Positions 51,757-64,000 of a stretch of DNA of 64,000 nucleotides are shown here, piece after piece. The position numbers and the translations under genes were made by a program. This DNA comes from Octopus sinensis (Eukaryota). Position 1 is the stretch's first letter. Each line of letters begins with the position of its first letter. A model generated the notes under the pieces. It was not told the DNA's origin. It saw only the letters and a list, made by a program, of their open reading frames with translations, and ran no database searches. The stretch spans positions 2,790,001-2,854,000 of the forward strand of contig NC_043014.1 of NCBI RefSeq assembly GCF_006345805.1, written 5' to 3'.

Positions 51757-52330
51757 TACTCGTTCATTCAAGTTGTGTGTTGAATCCAACAGATGTGAAT
51801 AAACAAGAAACACCAGTTTGATGTATGCAACAGTTTATAGAAAGTTGTTACAATAGCAGAAAATATTAAAAGAAGTGCTTGATTTATTAGCAACATAAGA
51901 GGCCACCTGGCGAGAGAAAGCAGTGAAGTGATTTAAAGAAAACCTGAATTATATATATATATTATACATATATATATATATATGTACATACATATATATA
52001 CATATACACACATGCAAACACACACACACACACATACACACATACACACATACTCGTTCATTCAAGTTGTGTGTTGAATCCAACAGATGTGAATAAACAA
52101 GAAACACCAGTTTGATGTATGCAACAGTTTATAGAAAGTTGTTACAATAGCAGAAAATATTAAAAGAAGTGCTTGATTTATTAGCAACATAAGAGGCCAC
52201 CTGGCGAGAGAAAGCAGTGAAGTGATTTAAAGAAAACCTGAATTATATATATATATATTATACATATATATATATATGTACATACATATATATACATATA
52301 CACACATGCAAACACACACACACACACATA
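51757..52330. repeat. Tandem duplication, 294-bp period
   Basis: ~190-bp unique core appears identical at 51757 and 52051, bounded by (CA)n/(TA)n. Confidence 0.9.
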
Positions 52331-52345
52331 TCTATATACATATGT

Positions 52346-52445
<100 letters not shown>

Positions 52446-52805
52446 ATATATATATATAATATATATATACACACATATGTATATACGTATTTATGTTTGT
52501 GTATGTATATGTGTGTGTATGTGTCTGTGTGTGTGTGTACACATACATACACACACACATATATGTATATATACATACACATATATATATTTATATATAT
52601 ATATATATACTCTGTATTGAGTTACTATGTAGTTTGGTAGCCAGTTCCACTTGAGGAGCTTTCTGTGATTGCCGCTGGATTCTATGAATCCATGTATTGC
52701 ACTACAAGTTTATATATATTTATATATATCCTCAAATATATATATATGTACAAATAGAAGCAGTGAGAAGCACAACATTGTCAAATGAAAATATAGCTGC
52801 AATTG

Positions 52806-52869
<64 letters not shown>

Positions 52870-53133
52870 TAATAATAAAAGTAATTATAATGATGATAGC
52901 AATAAGGATTTTGATGGTGATAAAAATAGTTAATTTGTTTCTAAGGTTGGCAGAAGGCAACAGATTTGGTGGAGGGAACGGTCGAAGAAATAGAGTCCAG
53001 GAAGAATCTTGAATTTTATTTTTTCATCCACCGATGGAAAGAGAAAGTCGATGGTGATGGTCATATTTGATAAGATATCTTTTAAAGCTTAGAAGGCATT
53101 ATCTTGCCATGTTCTTCCCTAATAATAATAATG

Positions 53134-53188
<55 letters not shown>

Positions 53189-53588
53189 TAATAATTCTTT
53201 AAAATTTTGGCAAAAGGTTGGTAGTTTATTTTAGGGATTGGGGGCAAGTTGAATTCTTGATGGGTACCTCAATTTATCCACCCTGAAGTGTTGAAAGGCA
53301 AAGTCGACCTGGAGGGATTAACAATCAAAAGGTAAAAGAGCCGAATAATAATACTAATACTAATATTGATAATAATAATAATAATATAATAATAATAATA
53401 ATAATGATTATAATGAAGGAAGAAGATGAAAAAGAAGGAAATGAAAATATTTAAAAATGAGAGCCTTTTTTTGCTACTGAAATAGAAGTAAAATATTACA
53501 GAATGATATATGAATAAATTTGCATGTAAATGTATGTATGATGTGTGTATGTGTGTGTATATACATATATATATATATATATATATGG

Positions 53589-53645
<57 letters not shown>

Positions 53646-53681
53646 TTACATATAAATAAACAAATATATAAATATTTATGC

Positions 53682-53716
<35 letters not shown>

Positions 53717-54090
53717 AATATATGTGTGTGTGTGTATGTATGCACACACACACACACACGCACCAGCAGACGTGAATTTGCATATATAATTGACTTTTCA
53801 TTACCACCATCTCCATCATATATTTAATTAGTATTTTTCAATGCATATGTAGGTTGGCCTAGTTTCTAACAATATATATATACATATATACACACGTGTG
53901 TGTGTGTGTGTGTTATGTGCGACGCTAATAAGCTCTTATGTAATGGATGCATTGCCTATTATAGATCATGCGTACCTGAGACGTACATATTAATGATTGC
54001 AAAATATCACTATTTACAACTGCATATATAATTGACATATATATATATATATTATATATATATATATAATATATATATATATATGTATGT

Positions 54091-54128
<38 letters not shown>

Positions 54129-54185
54129 TATATATATTGACATATATATATATATGTCTACATGCTTAATATATATATATATGTA

Positions 54186-54219
<34 letters not shown>

Positions 54220-54237
54220 GTATATATATATATTGAC

Positions 54238-54289
<52 letters not shown>

Positions 54290-54376
54290 TTCTTCCCTTC
54301 TTTCCTGAGCGTCCAATAATACTTTATTTGTTCCACGTCCTTGCGTTGTTGTGTTTTTTTGTTTTCTTGTTTGGAA

Positions 54377-54427
<51 letters not shown>

Positions 54428-55219
54428 GTATATATTCTCTCTCTCTCTCTCTCTCTCTCACTCACGTACACCCACACAGTACCAACAGGTAACTTTACGG
54501 TTAAATGCATTCTGTTGTTTTGCGTCTGTAGCCAAGGAAATACCATTGAACAGCATTGAAAATCAAACACAATCAATTGAGTGTTTGGGTGGAGGTGACC
54601 GGTGGGAATAGTGGATGTTGCTGACCAGTCATGTGACCTGTGTGACATCAGCGATTAAAGAGAAAGTGTTTTTAATAATGACAGCAGTTATTTATTATTT
54701 TTGCTGGAATAACCATTTTCACTTTAGGGTCTGTGTTTAGTGAGTGGGTGAGTGAGGTATGAATATATATGTGGCCGATGCCAGCACCGCCCCGACTGGC
54801 TTCTGTGCAGGTGGCACATAAAAAGCACCAACCGACCGTGGCCGTTGCCAGACCCCTCTGGCAACTGTGCAGGTGGCACGTAAAAAGCACCCACTACACT
54901 CGCGGAGTGGTTGGCGTTAGGAAGGGCATCCAGCTGTAGAAACACTGCCAGACCAGACTGGAGCCTGGGGCAGCCCCTGGCTCCCCAGACCCCGGTCGAA
55001 ACCGTCCAACCCGTGCTAGCGCGGAAAACGGACGTTAAACGATGATGATGATGATGATGATACACACAGACACATACACACACTTACATATACATACATA
55101 CATATACATATATATACATACATACACACACACACACACCACAAACATATACATGTATTCATACATATAGTCATATACATGTACATATACTATCATCATC
55201 ATCATTTAACATTCGCTTT

Positions 55220-55274
<55 letters not shown>

Positions 55275-55629
55275 ATGTTTTGTTTAGAAACTACCAAAAT
55301 TTTTACCTCATTCTAAACACAACAAACTTCTCCAAATCCTTTCTAAAGAATCCATGCAAATGGTGTCAAAACAAATGTGTTTCTGCTTGCATCAAGTCAC
55401 ATAATAATTTGAAATGATGAATTCAAACCAGATAAGGATATTTTGAAAGCATTTAATATGTATGTTTCCTATTTTAATGTATAAAAGGAAATACATCCCA
55501 TTACACAAAGCCTTCTTCAGTCAAACCAACCCATGGTAGCATGGAAAACGGACATTAAACGATGATGATGATGATGATGAATCAACCAATGGAAATAGTT
55601 ATATATATGTATGTGTGTATATATGTGTG

Positions 55630-55662
<33 letters not shown>

Positions 55663-55887
55663 TGGAGACCGGATAAAACTGGTGTGACCACGTGAGCATG
55701 TAATATAGATCGCTAGCCCCTAAACCTTTTTTATTTTCTCTCCCTGTTTATTCTTGTGTTCCTTTCTGCTGAAGAGCGTAGGCTCGAAATGTAAAAGACT
55801 TTTTCACTTCCCGACCATTAAACCAATACATCTGTTTGTTGTTTACACATCTTTTGTATTTTTTTGTAAATTCTCACTACATATATA

Positions 55888-56095
55888 CAGGGTGTCCCAG
55901 AAGTCGTGCATCATTCTGCTTTTCATTTAAAATAATCAAAGCATTTTATTTTATTATATTTTTTCTGCATGTTTTATTGTAGAGGGTACTCAATTTGAGC
56001 ATTTGTTACGATTGATTTCAATAATGTGTTTTTTAAATCAATAAGGGCATATTCTTTTAAAAACCAGGGTGGTGCACAACTTCTGGGACACCCTG
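55888..56095. mobile_element. Tc1/mariner MITE (208 bp) with TA TSD
   Basis: TA-CAGGGTGTCCCAGAAGT.GTGCA ... TGCAC.ACTTCTGGGACACCCTG-TA. Confidence 0.9.
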
Positions 56096-57135
56096 TATAT
56101 ATAGACTTTTAAAATATGATTTGGTTTTCTGCTTCTAGCTGGAGTATTTTTTTTTATTTTTGTTCTTTATAAGAGTAATTATTTATCATTTTTCATAAGG
56201 CTGAATGATGTCCCTTCCCCCAAACTAACAACTGAATTATGTCCCTTTCCTCCAATTCATAAATCTCCCATGAAATAACTAAAAGAACCTAAGTCCTCTC
56301 GTAGAGAGTGATTCTTAAGAACAGCTGTCATGAGCTGTGAAAACCTAATATTTTGAACCCTTGTTGCCCTTTGTCAGACTGAGTCTCATGAATAAGATTT
56401 TATGCTAAATTATGTCAACTAAACAACCACAGTTATTGGCCTTGCTCAGGGTCCAAACATTTTATGTGTGATATCCCTTGGAACTCCATCGGTTAGGATG
56501 ACCGGGGTTTCAGCTCGTGAAACTAACATGCAAGTGGCTGAGTATTCCACAGACATGCATACCCTTAATATAATTCTCATTTTTGCCAGGTGAGTGGACT
56601 GGAGTTATGGAATAATAAAGTGTCTTGCCCAAGGACACAATATATTGCAGGGAACTGAACTCAGGACCTTGCAATCGTGGGCCAAATACCCCAACGACTA
56701 AACCACGTGCCTCCCAGTGTGATTATATTAATATACCAAAGATTGATCTTTAAGATGCAACAACAGAGAATTATTCTTGAAGAATTTGTAGGACCAAATC
56801 CTGAGTTACGAGTCTTTGACTGTAATTTCATCAGCAGTTATATATAATTAATGCTCGTCTAGGCCCAGGGCCTGGCTGTTATTATGGAATTGGTTGGGGT
56901 GGGCAGATTTATCATTGCATGAAAGGGAGACAGGGAAATTGTTTACAGATGATAAAAAGGGATCGACTTACATATTTTTGCTTTTTGGTTTGTCTTTAAG
57001 AATCAATATACTTTACTAAGTGCCAATACAACATTCAGTGATGATGGGCATGGTGGAGATAACATCGAGGAACAAAACAAAATGCCATTGATGATTATAA
57101 TAATAATAATAATAATAATGATGATAATAATAATA

Positions 57136-57187
<52 letters not shown>

Positions 57188-57201
57188 TGATGCTGATGAT
57201 A

Positions 57202-57232
<31 letters not shown>

Positions 57233-57926
57233 TGATAATAATAATAATAATAATAATACTTTCTGCTAAAGCAGAAGGCCTGAAATTTTGGGGGAGGGGA
57301 CCAGTCGATTACATCGACCCCAGAGTCTCACTGGTACTTAATTTATCAACCCCGAAAGGATGAAAGGCAGAATGACACGGTGAATTGAACTCAGTATGTA
57401 GTGATGGGCGAAATACCGCGAAGCACTTCATCCAGTGTGCTAACGATTCTGCCAGCTCCCACCTTCCAAATAATGATAATAATAATAATAATAATAATAT
57501 AATAATAATAATATAATAATATAATAATAATAATAATGATGATGATGATGATGATGATAACTAAGCCTCTTTCTCCTAATAGGCACAGGGGCCTGAAATC
57601 TTTCGGTGGGGAAGGGGTCAGTCACTTACATCAAATCCAGTGCCTGACCTGTTCTTTATTTTATTGACCCTGATGGGATGAAAAGCAAAGCTGACTTCAG
57701 TGGGATTTGAACTCAGAAGGAAAAAAATATTTGTTACAAATTTAGGAACAGAACCAGCACTAACAACAACAACAACAATAAATGAAATAATAAGAATGCA
57801 AATAAAAATTATCAGTTGATAATGTCTATGTGTGTGTGTCTGCTGTGTGTTTATCTGTGTGAAAATAAATATACATATATATTTTTACATACATACATAT
57901 GTGTATATATATTTATAAATATATAT

Positions 57927-57962
<36 letters not shown>

Positions 57963-58393
57963 ATATATAAATATATCTATACATAGCCATTGTATTTGTG
58001 TGAATGTGTATATATGTTATACATAAATGTATATATTAAAGAATGTGTACTTGTAAATTATACACACACGTACAAACACACACTTGCATGCAAGTACAAA
58101 CACATGTACATGTACATATATATGGGATGTATATATATATACACACACACATACATACATATACACACACATACATACATACATACATACATACATACAT
58201 ACATACATACATACATACATACATACACACACACACATACACACATATATGCATGTGACAGGATACAAATGTTAATTTCTGCTAAAGACAAAATGAAAGC
58301 AATTCCATAAATAGATTAAGAATTGAAAAATAAACATGAGATTTAAATTTGGAAGGAAACTAGAATGGTTGAGTGTTCTTTTCTTCTGCTTAT

Positions 58394-58431
<38 letters not shown>

Positions 58432-58449
58432 CTATATAATAATTATTAC

Positions 58450-58490
<41 letters not shown>

Positions 58491-58719
58491 CATAACATAC
58501 ATATCTATCTATATCATATATGCAATATATATATATATATATATATTATATACATATATGCATATATATATATATATATATAGTATATATATATATATAT
58601 TATATATATATATAGTATATATCTATTATATATTATATTAGTATATACATATATATATATATTGTATTATACACATATATATGTGAATATTATAAGCATA
58701 TATCTATAACTATATGTAT

Positions 58720-58761
<42 letters not shown>

Positions 58762-59034
58762 ACACATCATATATAAGTAAGTTTGGAGGCATAACTGAAT
58801 ATCTCTTATATATATATGTATATATAAATGTGTGTAATATATAATATTTATTATATACATAAACACACCACACTATTTATATACAATAATATATACAACA
58901 CACACATATCTATATATATATATATATATACGCATGCACACATTCATTTATATACAATATTTGGCAAATAATATTTATATCTAAAGATAAATACATAATA
59001 TCATCAAAATGTTTGTATTCACACACACACTCAC

Positions 59035-59134
59035 NNNNNNNNNNNNNNNNNNNNNNNNNNNNNNNNNNNNNNNNNNNNNNNNNNNNNNNNNNNNNNNNNN
59101 NNNNNNNNNNNNNNNNNNNNNNNNNNNNNNNNNN
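59035..59134. other. Assembly gap (100 N)
   Basis: Run of N. Confidence 1.
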
Positions 59135-61158
59135 TCACAAGGCTTTGGTCGGCCCGAGGCTATAGTAGAAGACACTTGCCCAAGGTGCCACGCAGCGGGA
59201 ATGAACACGGAACCATGTGGTTGGTAAGCAAGCTTCTTACCACACACTCACGCCTACATATATATATATATATATATATATAACCTGCAAAGCTAAGTAT
59301 ATATTATATTTAAGATATTTTACTTTAAAATTTTATATTTTAATAAGTCTTATTGTATAATTTTGTATTTTATATAAATACTGATTGTTATGTAATGATT
59401 TAGTTATCGTAGTTTTTTATATAATTATTAGATTTTAACTCTACGTTTATTCGCAAGTCTTTACTTAACCAAAGAGATATATAGATCGTTAATAGTAATA
59501 CGAGTTTTTTTAAAGTTAGGTTTCATGTATATACATCTATTGATAGCATAAATTTTAGTCTTTAGTAACTACATTTGTTGATACTCTCTCTTTTACTCTT
59601 TTACTTGTTTCAGTCATTTGACTGCGGCCATGCTGGAGCACCGCCTTTAGTCGAGCAATCGACCCCGGGACTTATTCTTTGTAAGCCCAGTACTTATTCT
59701 ATCGGTCTCTTTCGCCGAACCGCTAAGTGACGAGGACGTAAACACAGCAGCATCGGTTGTCAAACGCTGTTGGGGGACAAACACAGACACACAAACACAC
59801 ACATACATATATATATATATACATACATATTATCTTTCAGTTTCCGTCTAACCAAATCCACTCACAAGGCATTGGTCGGCCGGGGCTATAGCAGAAGACA
59901 CTTGCCCAAGATGCCACGCAGTTGGGACGAACACGGACCATGTGGTTGGTTAGCAAGCTACTTACACACAGCACTCCTGCGCCTGATAGGTATTTTAAAT
60001 ATTTTATAATCGTTATTATAAATTCTATATTGCTTTTTCAATTGATAATTGTAGTAGTATTTTTCATTGATAAATATATTCGTAGTATTATGGATACTAT
60101 ATAACAACGGATCATTTTTTCATTAATTTCATTAAGTATTTTATTATCATTTAGTTCTTAACTATTCGGCTTTTGTAATTAGCCAACGAGATATATGGAT
60201 CGTTAATTAGTTATAGCGTTCTTTTAAGATAGTTTGTTTGTTTGTTTACAATTTGCTTTTTATCTTTAATCTTTTATATATTTCATAAGTAATAATGAAT
60301 AATTAATTTATTAGGTTTTTATTATACGTGCATATATATTTATTGATGGAGATAATTTAGATCTTAATTATTATATTTATATACATTTATATATATTCAT
60401 TGATTAATTAATTATTATTCAAATATTATATATTATTTGACTTGAATTAAAATTAATAATATGAATAGTATTATTTTTTTTGTTAAATATTAGGTAAGTA
60501 GATATTGACTATAACTCAGATTAGATTATTTGTGGGTTTATTAGGTTTTTTTAAAGCCATATTACATCTTAATACGTTTCTATATATTCTTACCTTAAAA
60601 ATGAATACTTAAAAATAATATTTAACATTATAATCGATGTATGACATAATCATAATGGTAAAAGTTTTCTAGTTTGATAATAGAGTTTTTTATAAGAAAA
60701 AATATTATTTTTTATTTCTTAAAAAAATATTGTTTTTTCAATTATTTGATTATTTATTAAATATTATCATTAACTGAAGATTGACTATAACCATAATTCG
60801 AACTATTAATTGAATTTAAATTATTGTTATTCGAATTAGGTTATGGGCATGAAATGATCGTAGTAGTTTTACTTTGTATTTTATATTAAAGTTTTCAATA
60901 CTTTTTGATAGTTATATATATATAATTAAAAAAATGTTTTAATTAAAAAAATTAAATAAATATATAATTAAATAAATAAAAAATAAAATAATTTAAATAA
61001 TTTAAATTTTATATTTTGTATATTTTGTATATTATATTAATTTTAGTTCTATTTTGGCTTATGCTTTCGCTGTTTGATTTGCTAGTAGTGGTTTATCTCT
61101 AATTTAATATAGTATATATTATATATATATATTATATATATCTATACTATATATATAT

Positions 61159-61219
<61 letters not shown>

Positions 61220-61534
61220 TTATATATATACATACATACATATATACATATATAAGACTGGCTTCTTTCAGTTTCCGTCTACCAAATCCACTCACAAGGC
61301 CTTGGTCGGCCCGAGGATATAGTAGAAGACACTTGTCCAAGGTGCCACGCAGTGGGACTGAACCTGGAACCATGTGGTTGGTAAGCCAGCCACTCCTGCG
61401 CATATTATGTATACTTTGCATTTAATCCTGGTTCTTTCTGTCTTTTATTGTGTAGGACTTGATGAGATAAGTTTCACGTTTGTTTCGGTCTCAAAACTAC
61501 CATGACAAGTTCGATACACATATCTATACCTAAA

Positions 61535-61910
61535 CTAGCAGTATCGCCCGGCGTTGCTCGGGTTTGTTTCGACCCTTTAAAATCGGAATTTTTGAAAAAT
61601 AAAAATTTTGCATTATGTAGCTTGTTTAAGTGAACATTTTTCTGGTTGAAATACACCGAAAAATGGCGACACAGCAGTCAAAATATCGTAAAAAATAGGG
61701 ATTTTCATAGAAAAAAAAAGCACCTTTTTGATGTAAATAATTTTTGGTGTTAACATGGTCCTTTTTGAATTTTTTTTAAGGAAGGAAGAGCAAGCCTTCT
61801 TCTATCATATTTAGTCAACTTGCGCCGCAGGATTTCGTGGGAGATAGTGTTAGTTGAAGGCCACCAAACCTGCCAAACACAGACAACTTCAGCTGTATAT
61901 ATAGAGAGAT
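61535..61910 (+). mobile_element. Helentron-associated (HINE/DINE-1-like) non-autonomous element
   Basis: 5' aactagcagtatcgcccggcgttgctcggg with short palindrome; 3' acacagacaacttcagctgtatatatag; architecture recalled for HINEs. Confidence 0.6.
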
Positions 61911-62692
61911 ATTCAATGATTTTAAATACAGTTTAATCTAGATTACAGCATACGAAGTATCAGTTTCTTCTAAGACGGCGGGGCATGATTTGAGATGGAA
62001 ATATATTCTACATTTAGTAGGTCAAATAGTCACATGGCCTTGTTGTTATAGCAGTGGACTCCCGGTCGAGGGATCGCGGGTTCGAATCTCAGACCGGGCG
62101 ATGTGTGTGTTTATGAACGAAACTCCTAAAGCTGCACGCGGCTCTAACAGAAGGTAATGGCGAACTTCTGCTGACTCCCGTCAAAGTGGGGAACCTGTAC
62201 GACAATGAAACCGGTAAACAGGCCCTTATGAACCAGGCATGGCTCGAGAAGAAACAAACAACACCAAAAACAACAACATAATGTTATGTCTAGTTGAGAG
62301 GGTTGATGCGATGTTTGTGTCGTACGGGCTGCACAGACGGGACAAATAAATAATAAACTAGTCTCGCACGGTATTCATCCATTTCGTCTTTCCTTCTGGA
62401 AGAAATCAGTCGAGACACATCTGAAGAAGGAATCGATTCCACAAACAATTAAAGTCCCAAAGACAAGCCGCTGAATTTCACGGCGGCGTCCGTATGAGAG
62501 AGAGGAGAGAGGGAGAGAGAGAGAGAGAGTGAGCGAGAGAGAGGAGGAGCGAGACGAGGAGAGAGAGAGAGAGAATAAGAGAGAAAGAGAGGGGGACAGT
62601 CAAACTAACTGGCAGGTAAACAGACAGGTATATAGTGAGCGGGATGAGAAAGACAGGTGTGAGTTGAGAAAATAAAGTTGTCTTTTGCTTAC

Positions 62693-62798
62693 CGTCCGAA
62701 CTGCTGCAAGGAGATATCACTATCGCCACTATCATTATCATCATCATTATCAACAGTCTGATAGGCAGACGGAAATTTATATAATTAGGGGACATCAT
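62693..62798 (-). CDS. Candidate first exon encoding a signal-peptide-like N-terminus, with phase-1 donor
   Basis: MMSPNYINFRLPIRLLIMMMIMIVAIVISPCSSSD followed by G|GTAAGC; next to a GA-rich promoter-like tract; no downstream in-frame exon found. Confidence 0.3.
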
Positions 62799-63239
62799 AT
62801 TTGATCCAGATAAAATATAAACGGTGCAGATATTAACGATAGTTTTTCGTTTCTAATTATATCATTCGTGATATAATGAAGTTATACAAAACCCAAACCG
62901 GCGGACAAGTTATAAACGCCTGTGAATGTTATATGACGGTGCAGTTGTCCTATATGCAACAACTACGGCAACAATTTCGTGTTTTATAGGACAATCACGT
63001 GATAGTTGGCTTCATTCGCCTGTTTGTTTATGAAGCATTTCATTTGAAAATCAACTACGCCTCACCTTTACCTTTGTGTGGTAACTCTTTGTATAGAGAC
63101 GTATTATATGTGTGTGTGGGTGTATAAAACATATATAAGGATATGTTTATAATCATATCAAGTGGTATAGAATGCCTTAAAAAAATTGCCATAAAAATCC
63201 ATTAATTAATAATTACGGGGTCTATTTGTAGCACCTAGT

Positions 63240-63241
63240 TA

Positions 63242-63293
<52 letters not shown>

Positions 63294-63430
63294 CTAAAGA
63301 GAGAGAGAGAGAGAGAGGGCGAAAGAAAGAGAGAGATAGTAATGCAGATCAAACACACTTGGGTTTGGTATACATACATATATACATTCTTACACACACA
63401 CATGCATGTATATATAAATATTATATATAT

Positions 63431-63461
<31 letters not shown>

Positions 63462-63497
63462 GTATATATATATATATATTATATATATATATATATA

Positions 63498-63551
<54 letters not shown>

Positions 63552-63830
63552 CTATATATATATAAATATATATATATATATACATACATACACATATATA
63601 TATATATACTATAATATACTATATATATATATATTATATATATATATATATATAATATATATATATATATACATACATACACATATATATATATTATATA
63701 CATATATAATATATATATATATATAATATATATATATTATATATATATATATATAATATATCATATATATATTACATACATACACATATATATATATATA
63801 CATATATATATATATTTATATATATATATG
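63240..63830. repeat. (TA)n-dominated microsatellite block (similar blocks at ~52250-52610, ~53540-54430, ~57870-58960)
   Basis: Direct inspection. Confidence 0.95.
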
Positions 63831-64000
63831 GAGAGAGAGAGAGTGGGAGAGAGAGAAGTGGTGATGTGCATTGATCTAAAGACGGATATAAAAAACACAT
63901 GCAGGAAAACAACATAAAAATGAAACAAGTTTGTTTTTTTTTTCATTGCCAACTGGCTGGCCTCAATTTTATAATCAATCTCGTAGGACAATGGTGAAGG

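Noticed and set aside
54535-54597. Possible 63-nt plus-strand exon ([20 protein letters not shown])
   Set aside because: Weak donor, no recognisable homology and no partner exons

Overview
Repeat-saturated animal genomic DNA. The SINE/MITE families, (TA)n/(CA)n/(AAT)n microsatellite load and single-exon multi-finger C2H2 genes suggest a coleoid cephalopod, most likely Octopus (inference). Three protein-coding genes are well supported: two convergent C2H2 zinc-finger genes (16893-18671 +, 18 fingers; 26551-27858 -, 14 fingers) and an intronless NAD(P)HX epimerase NAXE/AIBP (45404-46186 -). The rest is tRNA-derived SINEs, 3' ends of CR1-, CRE- and Penelope-like retroelements, Tc1 and hAT remnants, piggyBac- and mariner-type MITEs, a Helentron-type element, microsatellites and a 100-N gap. 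Most notable: a ~350-bp 28S rRNA fragment lies antisense just upstream of the first ZNF coding exon and supplies a CAG|GTAAGT donor 100 nt from that exon's acceptor, so it may be an exonised antisense-rRNA 5'UTR. Also notable: a 3-finger periodic recognition code in ZNF-1, degenerate hammerhead-ribozyme motifs, several long fold-back hairpins, and a pair of duplicated candidate micro-exons. Most short ORFs in the track are microsatellite or SINE artefacts. Repeat family names are assigned from recalled motifs, not database searches.
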